Below are positions 52,376 through 64,000 of a stretch of DNA of 64,000 nt, in pieces. The translations under genes and the position numbers were made by a program. The stretch's first letter is position 1. Every line of letters begins with the position of its first letter. The notes below the pieces were generated by a model, which saw nothing but the letters and a program-made list of their open reading frames with translations, was not told where the DNA came from and did no database searches. This stretch comes from Podarcis pityusensis. Its lineage: Eukaryota. The stretch lies in the NCBI GenBank assembly GCA_964106645.2, contig OZ067042.1; one strand, 5' to 3'.

Positions 52376-52731
52376 GGGACGCGGGTAGCACTGTGGGTTA
52401 AACCACAGAGCCTAGGACTTGCCAATCAGAAGGTCAGCGGTTTGAATCCCCGCGACGGGGTGAGCTCCCGTTGCTTGGTCCCTGCTCCTGCCAACCTAGC
52501 AGTTCGAAAGCACGTCAAAGTGCAAGTAGATAAAAAGGTACCGCTTCGTCGGGAAAGTAAACGGTGTTTCTGTGCGCTGCTCTGGTTCGCCAGAAGCGGC
52601 TTAGTCATGCTGGCCACATGACCCGGAAGCTGTACACCAGCTCCCTCAGCCAATAAAGCGAGATGAGCACCGCAACCCTAGAGTCGGTCACGACTGGACC
52701 TAATGGTCAGGGGTCCTTTTACCTTTACCTT
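52376..52731 (+). mobile_element. Full-length Sauria SINE (lacertid-type)
   Basis: GGGACGCGGGT head, tRNA-like box B GGTTTGAATCC, (ACCTTT)n tail, TSD TACAACAAAGTGTT. Confidence 0.92.
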
Positions 52732-53799
52732 TACAACAAAGTGTTGAATTAAAAGCCAATGTAAAAGTTATATATGAAAAGCCTTGTGGAATGAAAAGAC
52801 TTTCAGGGGCTGCCTAAACAAGAAGTGGAGAACCTTTCAGCCCTCCTGATGTTGCTGAACTACAACTTATGTGAGTGCTATCAGGCATGGCCAGTGGCCA
52901 GGAATGATAATGAGTTCTAGTTCCGCAACATCTGGAGGGCGAAGGGTTTCCTACACCTAGTTCAGCCTAAAGACAAGGATCATGACTGAACAGTTCACAA
53001 GGCTCAACCTAGCTCCTCTCGTACACATTCTGAATATATGGTTATGTGATTCATGTCACCCTACATTCTTTACTAGAGAGTGTATACTGGAAGATAGGAT
53101 TTTATCAAGAGACACTTATTTACAGTGGATCGTGTTGCATTGCAATATTTGTTCAGCTTCTTTAATCTTATTCTTATCCTCCAATTATGCCCCTTCAAAG
53201 AAGGATACAGCAGAGCAGATAATTTAGCCAACACAACACCAATGAACAAATGGTTCAACATCCAGGGCCTGGTGGCCTGTGCTCTCCTTTCTCTTCGGAA
53301 CATTCTTACCAATGTGGAGGCAGTACTTGTTCCCCATGTTCTTGTGTGTACAATCTGGACCACTAATGTCCTGGTGTTCTGTGTAGCCATATTTGTTTTA
53401 GCAACTAGAAGTCATGGGACTGTGAGGTTTAGGCATTGGCCTTCCATCTTGCCTATTGGAACCTCCCTTGCTTCTCTAAGTGGAATGCTTTGTCCTTGTA
53501 CTCGTTCTATGTAATCTTACAAATGGAAGGCACATATACTGTATATCTGAGACTTTGTGAAAGTGGAATGAAGAGTTTAATCTTGGGTTTAGAGTTCACT
53601 TTAAGAGAATAGAAGCTTTATACACTGCAGCATTTTTTAGGAAGACCTAATACACAGGATAAAATATGTTCCACATATGCACAAATGTTGAAGAAACCAC
53701 CACGAATGTATTTGAAACAATACAAAAGAATTGATGAGAGGGCTGAGGAGAGAAAGCAATGCTACTGATTCATGTGATTTCCCTTTTCATCCTTCACAG

Positions 53800-54013
53800 A
53801 AAATATCACCCTGGGTTGGGCTACGGAAGATCAACATCTCCTATTGGGGATGGGATGATATGTCTCCCTTTACGAACACAACATTGCAGTGGCTTCCTGG
53901 AGAACCAAATGACTCGGGATTCTGTGCCTATCTTGAAAGGGCAGAGGTTGCTGGTCTGAAAGCAAATCCATGTACGGCTATGGCCGATGGCCTCGTATGT
54001 GAGAAACCTGTTG
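53800..54013 (+). CDS. ATRNL1: ATRNL1 coding exon (about exon 16, 214 nt), C-type lectin C-half
   Basis: cag|AAA...G|gtaaga; KISPWVGLRKINISYWGWDDMSPFTNTTLQWLPGEPNDSGFCAYL. Confidence 0.95.
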
Positions 54014-56619
54014 GTAAGAGAGCTTACCATATTGCAAATATTCTTTTTCGAACAATATGCTCCAGCATGTTTTCTTTAGTACAGTATGTGCATAATGAAT
54101 GTTGGAAGAAAGGTTGGTTCAGAGAGAACAGTCTCCTCCTAGTCTGAGATAGTCTTTGAATCCATAGCTTCTTCCTCTGAGAATGGGGAGTCTCTCAATC
54201 CAGAGAAACGTTTCATATAGATTTGAAAGCACTTTTCCATTGTTCAGTTTGCATAGCACATTCTAATTCCCTAATCCATACTTTCTGAGTTTCTGAACAT
54301 GTGCTTTTCAAAGTTCCAATAAGCATTTAAAAACAGCAGTCATGAGTTTAGTTTTAGTGCACGCTAAAATGTATGCTTTATGGAATAAATTAATGTCTGG
54401 AAAATTTAATCCTCCTTCCAATACTGGCAGCTGAATTTTATTAAGTGAGAAGTTAAGGAGGAGGATTATCCCAAATAATTTCCAAAATACCTACTAATCT
54501 TTTGAAAATAGTTGGGGAATACATAAAATATGTCTTGTAACACATATATTATCCATAGCAGAATATTCATTTTAAGTTTATTAACCTTACCACAAATAAG
54601 TTTAAGTGAATTATGTTTCATCTTTTAACCAAAAAATAAATAAATAAAAATTTTAAAAAATGCAGTGGAAGTCTTATAGTGAGATACCTTGGCAGTGTAA
54701 GTTGTTAGTTAACTCTAAAAATGTTTTTAATGGATAGATATTGCAGAAATAAGGCAGTTTTCCATATCACTTCACTTACACTACCTGCAAACATTGAACA
54801 TTCTTTCTCTTGAGGGATAAAATTCATCTCTTGAACACTTTTAGAACAGATAATTTTACTGCAGCTGTTACACCAGCTCCATGAGTATATGAACAGAGTT
54901 TCATATAACTAGGGTTGCTATATTTAGATTTCTTTTGCAATATTGAAAAGTGGCTTTTGGATAAATCTATTGTAAAGATTTTTTTTGAAGCTTGGTAGAA
55001 AGGACTGAGCCTCTCTACTGTCATTAGATGGAGGTATGATCAAACAGAAATAGATCAACTCTTCTGTTTTGGGAATGAGGAGCCACAGTTGTTTGGCATA
55101 AATATATCCTATAAAGGGAAACATCATAGGAACATGTTCTCTATACACTAGATTTGAATGTGATTGACATGTAAAACCATGATGGTAAACAGCCATATGT
55201 ATTTTATGCTATCAAACCCTAAATTCAGCATGGTTACAGGTGATTGTGTGAGTCCATTAGGAATAGTTTGTTGTTAAATTAGTACTATAAAAAAATTGAA
55301 GTTTAAAGCAACACAACTGGATGATTTACATAATTTTCTTTCCTATGCTCTCACATATAAAGAAGGAGCTTGTCATGGAAACTACTAAATATCATAAATA
55401 AAACATGAATTCTACAAATTGTTTGCTTACTTATGCACACATTTGTACTACCGAAAATGATGAAGCTATCAAAGTTACTGCATTTTTTGTTTCATGATAT
55501 TGATTCTCTGGATATAACTGTCTGCATTTTGGAACAATAGATGCATAGATGCTGTGATCTTGTTTTTTTCCCTATAAAAAGACAGGAACTACAATTTAAG
55601 TGTGGATGTTAGATGCTTTTTGAAGCATAGAACTCTTTGCAGTTGCCAATTTTTCTTCTGTTTCAAATTTTATGCTCTTTTGAGAATCTTTGCTGCCTTT
55701 CTTAGTTTTATTATAAAGCAATTGCTAATAAACTCAGATTTCAAAACAGTGGAACAATTTGCAAGATCCTTTCTCTTTTTATTTTGGAATGTTGCCTTCC
55801 AGAAAACTGGAATAATGTTTGTCATGTATAAAACATTAGGTAATTCATCAGGTGGTTAAGGATATAGACTGCTGTGCATTAATAATAAAAGGTATGCTTC
55901 TGTGGGCAGTATGTAATTGGGAATTACTCTGTTCTCATACTTCAGTTGTTTGACAGCAAAACATATATATATATAGTACATTTCTACCTCTCTGTTTTAT
56001 ATAACTAGTTGATTCAGTTTCCTGAGCAATGCATGATTCCAAGCGAGACAGAATGCATCCTGTGCTGAAAAATACTCTCTTTTATGTTTAAAAAAATGTT
56101 TCTCTTGTTTTTGAATTTTTAGCGACTGCAAATATATACAGCAGGGGGCAGATGTTCACTTGACAAATCATACTTTTAGACAAAATGCACACTGTTTAAG
56201 GGAGAATGTATCACCAGTGAAGTAAATAGCTATTGCTTATGCACTATTTAACAAATGCAGTAGAACCAAAAGGTCATGCCTCACTGTACATATTCAAGTA
56301 TACACAGTCAAGGTTTACAATATGTGTATGGCTTACTATGTCACATATACTAATAACTGAAGAAAAGGATAATGGCTTGTATATTATATTTTTCCTTGAA
56401 AAAAATGCAGCCCAGATTGTAGAAGGAACAGTGTGAATTATTATAAATGCAGCCAAAAAACCCTAAACAAAACACAAAGAGCAAGACCCTACATGTAGCA
56501 GAGTGAAAGCATTCCTGAATAAAACAAAGGAAAAATATTTGTGTAGTATCATATATACTCATATAACATGAGTTTGGGAAAAATACTGAAATTCTACTTT
56601 CACTTTCTTTCTCCTTCAG

Positions 56620-56808
56620 TTAGTCCAAATCAAAATGCAAGGCCCTGCAAAAAGCCGTGTTCCTTAAGGACGACGTGTTCAAACTGCACAAGTAGTGGCA
56701 TGGAGTGCATGTGGTGTAGCAGCACAAAGCGATGTGTTGATTCAAATGCCTACATAATCTCCTTTCCATATGGGCAGTGTCTAGAGTGGCAGACTACCAC
56801 CTGTTCTC
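56620..56808 (+). CDS. ATRNL1: ATRNL1 coding exon (about exon 17, 189 nt), PSI
   Basis: cag|TT...C|gtaagt; SPNQNARPCKKPCSLRTTCSNCTSSGMECMWCSSTKRCVDSNAYIISFPYGQCLEWQ. Confidence 0.95.
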
Positions 56809-57167
56809 GTAAGTATTTTTGTGAAATGAAGATTGCTAATTATGGTAATGAGTTGAAGTACAAAACTTACATAACAAGCGGGACCTGCTAGAAAACGTTG
56901 CATTGTGGATTGCTCCTGTTCCAGGTTCTAGCTAAGTCTTTTCATTCTCTTTACCAATGTTCATGTTGCGCCCCGCCCCCCTGCCCCCAGGTTAGCAAGC
57001 ATTCTGTTCCGACTAAGCATGTTCAATCTGCATGAGACTGTGTGCGCACTCTAAAGTTGCAAACTTTGGAATTCTTCCATGTCTGCTGATACCTCCCTCT
57101 TGTTTGTGGGTGATGCCCTTTTGCCCATAAAACAATGGAGTTTGTAGTTTCCTTTGGCTACTTACTG

Positions 57168-57412
57168 AGAAGAAGAGTTTGGATCTGATATCCCGCTTTA
57201 TCATTACCCGAAGGAGTCTCAAAGCGGCTAACATTCTCCTTTCCCTTCCTCCCCCACAACAAATACTCTGTGAGGTGAGTGGGGCTGAGAGACTTCAGAG
57301 AAGTGTGACTGGCCCAAGGTCACCCAGCAGCTGCATGTGGAGGAGCAGGGAATCGAACCCGGTTCACCAAATTACGAGTCCACCGCTCTTAACTACTACA
57401 CCACACCGGCTC
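57168..57412 (-). mobile_element. tRNA-derived SINE (Squam3-like)
   Basis: Minus strand reads GTGTGGTGTAGTAGTTAAGAGCGG...GGTTCGATTCCC (A and B boxes) with a (CTT)n tail. Confidence 0.85.
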
Positions 57413-57608
57413 TGAGTCTGTAACTATGCTGAAATTTGAACTGATCATTCTTTTAGCCATACTCCTAGGTGAAAACTTATAAGTTTGTATGTGGGAGCTC
57501 CAAAATTCATTTCCCACATTTCTGTTTAGTAGGGTAACAGGCTTAGAATGACCTCTGCTTGAGATCTTGGGGAACCACTAGCAGTCAGGATGGCGATACT
57601 GTCTAGGT

Positions 57609-57744
57609 CAACCTTTCTCAACCTTGGGTCCCTAGATGTTGTTGGACTACAACTCCCATCATTCCTAGCCAGCATGGCCAGTTGTCAGGGATTATGGGAG
57701 CTGTTGTTCAAGAACATCTGAGGACCTAAGGTTGAGAAAGTCTG
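57609..57744. mobile_element. hAT-type palindromic MITE related to 18879-19014
   Basis: Shared core GGACTACAACTCCCATCATTCCTAGC; TSD GTCTAGG(T/C). Confidence 0.82.
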
Positions 57745-59499
57745 GTCTAGGCAGACCAATGGTCAATAGGAACTTTATTTTCTAACCACTAGCCACTCTG
57801 GAATGTTTCATCAATCATTTTTAGTGTTCTAGTAAAGCAAATGCATAGTTGTACTCTGTCTATGCTCCAGTAATCTTGTCCCTTTTTCTCCATCCCAACT
57901 ACCTGTAAATCAGGGATAGCTTTTGTAGCAGAGCAAAGTTAGACCACTCCTGGGGCCAATCACGTCAATCTGACATTCTTCAGTAAATGTGTTGGCGATT
58001 CTGTGGCCTGAACTGTGTTCTGAGACTACGGTATAAGCTATGGTATAAGCTAGGGAGCTACTGTGGACTGTATAAGTGTTCAGGCGTCATACCTCACATC
58101 AGCTGAGGAAGGAAACAGAGCTGCAAAACATTGGCCTTTGGCAATGGGCAGACTGTACAGAGCTCATGGATTGGATAGGCTTAATATAATTACAAAGAAA
58201 CTGGAGTTTTGTCCTTGCCTGGTCAACCCTTAACTAATGATACATCTAGTTTCTGAGTGGGAGAAGTGGGTTGGTTTTGCTTGACCTAAATGGAAATACA
58301 GAGGCATCTGCTTGTAACATGAATAATGTCATATGGCCTAGATGCCATTGGACCTATCTTACGTGGTTCACAAGGTACCTTTTGCTTCCTTTACCAACCC
58401 AATTTTCAGCTTCAACCATTAAAGTTAGGAGTCCTAAGCCCCTTCTCTCTTGGTCTGTTTTCTGGTATGCTTGGTCACGTGCCTGACTTGTACCTTACAC
58501 AAGTTCACTCTTATCGAGCTGAGTAAGGAAGATCCCACTGCAGCTTCTACGTTTGTCAAAACTCTGCAGAGCTACCTGACAAACTTATATCTTTGTAGAA
58601 ATCAAGTTGCACATGGCATATAAGCCTTGTTTTTGTGTCTTGGAGTTTTCTGGGATGTGTGTATGCTGTGTTAAGCTCTATATTTAAAAGACCTTTCTGT
58701 GTATTTAGTTGAAGGCCATCCAGCTTTCTTGCATGCAAGAAGAACAGCAAAAAACTATGTTTAATTTAGTTGTCATTTGAGGCAGGTCTATAAAATTTTA
58801 TATTAAATAAACCTAATGGGATTTCTTGCATGTCAGTTCAATATCATATGTAAGAAGCTCTCTCTGAAATTGTATTTTCTATCCAGCCAATACAAAAAAT
58901 TAAATTTCCATAAGACATTTTATCAGAACCTAGCTATTTAAAGTTTGAGAGCAAAGAAAACAAAAACAAAACTGTAAAACACATTTTTCCTATGACTTGC
59001 ATCTGAAACAAACATTTCATAAATGATTTTTTTAAAGTCTTGCTCATTTGCACAGAAAATGTCTGTCTATCTAGTAAGAGTGGGGAGAACTTTGTGTCAT
59101 TTTTCATAGCAGTATATTTGATTAAAGACTGCAGTAGGTATTTGATAACACCATAAATGTCAGTGTGTAAGAGCAAATTTTCCACATAAACTGTGTGAGT
59201 GAGACTATTTATATATTTTCATAGCTGTGAATACATTTTCATATTCATTTTCACAGCTAAGAAGGAAAATAAAACATTTACTTATTGAAGGCAATTAAGT
59301 CACAATAAAAATGTGAAGCTTTGAGAACATCTATTCCTGGGGAATATACTCATGGCCGCCTTATAAATGCAGGAAAGGGTTCCTCAGTATTATGAAACAT
59401 GCAAGGGTGGAGACTAATAAAGCAGGAAATCCCCGTTGGTATACTACTGCAAGAAAATCACCACAAGTCTTCCATATGAATTGACTCAGATCCAGCAAT

Positions 59500-59696
59500 C
59501 ATCATCTGAGGCCCTTCTTCATGTGCCTCTTCCATGAGCGGTCTGGAGGGTGGCAACACAAGAACAAGTGTTTCTGCTGTTTGTGGAACTCTCTCCCAAG
59601 GGAGGCTTGCCGGGGTCCTTCATTACATTTCTTTAGGCACCGCGTGAAAATGTTTTTTCTTCAACCAGGCGTTTGGCTGATAAACATTCTATGGCT

Positions 59697-59727
<31 letters not shown>

Positions 59728-59850
59728 AGGGGTTATTGGTTTGTTTCTGCTTCATTATGTGTTTTGTTTTCTCATTTTGCATTTTTCAGTTGTGAACTAC
59801 CCTGGGATCTTCAGATGAAGGGTGGTACACAAATAAAATAATGATAATAC
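59500..59850 (+). mobile_element. L2-group LINE 3' end with internal (TG)n
   Basis: LWNSLPRE-type terminus; tail TGTGAACTACCCTG...GAAGGGTGGTACACAAATAAAATAAT. Confidence 0.6.
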
Positions 59851-61030
59851 TACTAATTCCATCACTAAAGTCCTTAACCATTTTTGTTTTGGAACTCAAA
59901 TACTGGCGGTGGGCTCTTTCAAAGCTAGATATGTGGCTATAACCATAGCTAAAAATTATGCTATTGTTAATGGTATCTTGGGGCACAGTGTGTAATATAT
60001 TGATTACATATGATGGCAGTTAGGATACATTATATAAATAGTATTATGAAGTCCCTATGATGGAGGAGGTGCAATGAGAGGCACACTTTTTCCACATGTG
60101 GTGGCATTGTCCTGTATTAGCCGCCTTAAGTTATTATATTATCTAACATTGCCAAAAAAAGTTGCATAGCCTTGCCTGGCCTTAACTGTTTTATAAAACA
60201 CAGAGAATTAAAAAAAACCACAACTAATTGTGTTTTAATTAGCACTTGCAGAACAGGAACATGCTAAAAACTGGAAGTGAGCTTCAGGTGTTTTCATATC
60301 AACTGGGCTTAATAGAATCTGGAATATAGCCCTGGCAGAAAATCACAAATCAAAACATGCTACACAAAGATTTAATCAAGCAGGATTTATTAGTGGAAAC
60401 TTGATGCATGTTTGTTGCATCTGCCACAGGGTGCAGCAGTCCATTCATTCTGACTGCTTCACAGGTAAAATTTTAGTGATATTCCTTTCAGTTAAACAGT
60501 TTTATTAGACCACACAGCAGACTACCTGACATGTGCATGATACACTTTGCCATGCGTGGTGTTTTTTGTTTTTACTTTTGGAATGCTTGCTGTAGTTCAG
60601 TTGTTTCCTTTTGCTTTTGTTTTAAGAAGAAAATAAAATAGATTAATATAAAAGCACAACCAAAACAAAATGCATCATGGAAGACGGTTAATTTCATTGC
60701 TTCCAGTATTGTTATTCCACAAATTTATAAGCACATACGTACTAGGGAAGGGCCATAGCTGGTGGAGTACCTGCTTTGCATGTAGAAGCTCCCAGGTTCA
60801 ATATCTGACACCTACAGGTAGGACTCAGAGAGGTTTCAACCTGAAATCCTGGAGAGCCACTGCTGGTCAGTTTTGTCAATACTGAGCTAGATGGACCAAT
60901 GGTCTGAGTTAGTATAATGTAGCTTCTTAACAAATATTGCATCACATATAACTGTTTATTCTTAATTGTAGTTTACTGGAACAAACTGTCTCCAAGTCAT
61001 GGTTTATTTCAGTAAACTATAGTGAAGATT

Positions 61031-64000
61031 CTTGTACTTGTCCTCCGCTCTTCCTCAGTAGCATGTTGGACGCCTTCTGACCTGAGGGGCTCATCTTCCA
61101 GCGTCATAACTTTTATATGCCTGTTGTCTTTGTCCATGGAGTTTTCTTGGCAGGGATACTGGAGTGGCTTGCCGGTTCCTCCTCCAGGTGGATCACGTTT
61201 GGTCAAAACTCTCCACTATGACCTGTTCATTTTGGGTGCCCTGCTCGGCATAGTTCATAGCTTCTCTGAGTTATTCGAGCCCCTTCGCCACGGCAAGGCA
61301 GTGATCCATGAAGGGGAGAAGAATCTTCACAAGTAGATCCAGAGCTGATGAAGCGGCTGGGCCAAAGCCGAAAGGGCGCTCAGTTGCGGATATGCCTGGA
61401 AGCGAAAGGAAAGTCCAATGCTGTAAAGAAAAATATTGCATAGGAACCTGGAATGTAAGAACCATGAACCTGGGTAAGTTGGATGTGGTCAAAAATGAGA
61501 TGGCAAGAATAAATATTGACATCCTGGGCATCAGTGAACTAAAATGGACGGGAATGGGCGAATTCAGTTCGGATGACCATCATATCTACTACTGTGGACA
61601 AGAAACCCACAAAAGAAATGGAGTGGCCCTCATAGTCAACAAAAGAGTGGCGAAAGCTGTACTGGGATACAATCTCAAAAATGATAGAATGATCTCGACA
61701 CGAATCCAAGGCAGACCTTTTAACATCACAGTAATCCAAGTTTATGCACCAACTACTGGTGCTGAAGAAACTGAAATTGACCAATTCTATGAAGACTTAC
61801 AACACCTTATAGAAGTGACACCAAAGAAGGTCTCATTATAGGGGATTGGAATGCTAAAGTAGGGAATCAAGAGATAAAAGGAACAACTGGCAAGTTTGGC
61901 CTAGGAGATCAAAACGAAGCAGAGCAAAGGCTAATAGAGTTCTGTCAAGAGAACAAGCTGGTCATCACAAACACGCTTTTCCAACAACACAAGAGACGAC
62001 CCTACACATGGACATCACCAGATGGGCAGCATCGAAATCAGATTGATTATATTCTCTGCAGCCAAAGATGGAGAAGCTCTAAACAGTCAACAAAAACAAG
62101 ACCTGGAGCTGACTGTGGCTCAGATCATCAGCTTCTTATAGCAAAATTCAAGCTTAAACTGAAGAAAGTAGGAAAAACCACTGGGCCGGTAAGATACAAT
62201 CTAAATCAAATCCCTTATGAATACACGGTGGAAGTGAGGAACAGGTTTAAGGATTTAGATTTGCTGGACAGAGTGCCTGAAGAACTATGGATGGAGGCTT
62301 GCAACATTATACAGGAGGCAGCAACTAAAACTATCCCAATGAAAAGGAAATGCAAGAAAGCAAAGTAGCTATGTAACGAGGCCTTACAAATAGCGGGAGA
62401 GAGAAGGCAAGCAAAATGCGAGGGAGATAATGAAAGATACAGGAAATTGAATGCAGATTTCCAAAAAATAGCAAGGAGAGACAAGAAGGCCTTCTTAAAC
62501 GAGCAATGCAAAGAAATAGAGGAAAACAACAGAATGGGAAGAACCAGAGATCTGTTCAAGAAAATTGGAGATATGAAAGGAACATTTCGTACAAAGATTA
62601 CCATAATAAAGGACAAAAGTGGTAAGGACCTAATAGAAGCAGAAGACATCAAGAAGAGGTGGCAAGAATACACAGAGGAATTATACCAGAAAGATATGGA
62701 TGTCTCGTACACCCCAGGTAGTGTGGTTGCTGACCTTGAGCCAGACATCCTGGAGAGTGAAGTCAAATGGGCCTTAGGAAGCACTGCAAATAACAAGGCC
62801 AGTGGAAGTGATGGTATTCCAGCTGAACTATTTAAAATTTTAAAAGATGATGCTGTTAAGATGCTACAATCAATATGCCAGCAAGTTTGGAAAACTCAGC
62901 AGTGGCCAGAGGATTGGAGATCAGTCTACATCCCAATCCCAAAGAAGGGCAGTGCCACAGAATGCTCCAACTACCGCACAATTGCACTCATTTCACACAC
63001 TAGCAAGGTTATGCTTAAAATTCTACAAGGAAGGCTCAAGCAGTATGTGGATCGAGAACTCCCAGAAGTGCAAGCTGGATTTCGAAGAGGCAGAGGAACC
63101 TGAGACCAAATTGCAAACATGCGCTGGATTATGGAGAAAGCTAGAGAGTTCCAGAAAGACATCTACTTTTGCTTCATTGACTATGCAAAAGCCTTTGACT
63201 GTGTCAACCATAGCAAACTATGGCAAGTTCTTAAAGAAATGGGAGTGCCTGATCACCTCATCTGTCTCCTGAGAAATCTCTATGTGGGACAAGAAGCTAC
63301 AGTTAGAACTGGATATGGAACAACTGATTGGTTCAAAATTGGGAAAGGAGTACGGCAAGGCTGTATATTGTCTCCCTGCTTATTTAACTTATATGCAGAA
63401 TTCATCATGCAAAAGGCTGGGCTAGATGAATCCCTAGCCGGAATTAAGATTGCCGGAAGAAATATCAACAACCTCAGATATGCAGATGACACAACCTTGA
63501 TGGCAGAAAGTGAGGAGGAATTAAAGAACCTTTTATTGAGGGCGAAAGAGGAGAGCGCAAAATATGGTTTGAAGCTCAACATCAAAAAAACAAAGATCAT
63601 GGCCACTTGTCCCATCACCTCCTGGCAAATAGAAGGGGAAGAAATGGAGGCAGTGAGAGATTTTACTTTCTTGGGCTCCATGATCACTGCAGATGGTGAC
63701 AGCAGCCATGAAATTAAAAGACGCCTGCTTCTTGGGAGAAAAGCAATGACAAACCTAGACAGCATCTTAAAAAGTAGAGACATCACCTTGCCAACAAAGG
63801 TCCGTATAGTAAAAGCTATGGTTTTCCCAGTAGTGATGTATGGAAGTGAAAGCTGGACCATAAAGAAGGATGATCGCCGAAGAATTGATGCTTTTGAATT
63901 ATGGTGCTGGAGGAGACTCTCAAGAGTCCCATGGACTGCAAGAAGATCAAACGCATCCATTCTTAAGAAAATCAGCCCTGAGTTCTCACTGGAAGGACAG
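61031..64000 (+). mobile_element. Near full-length decayed Bov-B (RTE) LINE with inverted 5' end; continues past the window
   Basis: Endonuclease motifs IGTWNVRTM, DILGISE, IIQVYAPT; RT motifs NYRTIALISH, QAGFR, GVRQGCILSP, YADD; stops and frameshifts near 61830, 62080, 62367, 62920 and 63101. Confidence 0.95.

Noticed and set aside
2954-56808. Paralog ATRN (attractin)
   Set aside because: Peptides such as NVPSTESYWILPNVKPFSPSV and VSPNQNARPCKKPC match my recall of ATRNL1 rather than ATRN.
61308-63960. Active Bov-B ORF or a 226-aa antisense gene
   Set aside because: The sense frame has several stops and frameshifts; the antisense ORF shadows the RT region and has no independent support.

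Overview
Vertebrate genomic DNA, most likely from a lacertid-type lizard (inferred from Sauria SINE, Squam3-like SINE and Bov-B content). The window lies inside the attractin-like 1 gene (ATRNL1, + strand). Twelve GT-AG coding exons (2954-56808, 1989 nt) join in one continuous frame and encode Kelch repeats, PSI domains and a C-type lectin domain. By recall of the human gene these are about exons 6-17. The introns are rich in transposons. The most unusual object is at 1-2841: the 3' part of a Ty1/copia LTR element with an uninterrupted ORF of at least 837 codons. It keeps Gag, the zinc knuckle and the protease, but the integrase lacks its HHCC domain and has Val at the catalytic Glu position. 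No RT is recognisable, and the frame runs through the PPT into the 3' LTR. Other notable structures: a Tc2-like non-autonomous family whose GC-rich interiors are chains of palindromes and tandem repeats; an inversion with a 125-bp inverted duplication that split one such element; a permuted 18S rRNA fragment beside a 342-N gap; a solo LTR; and a Bov-B LINE with an inverted 5' end. All family assignments come from motif recognition, not database searches.
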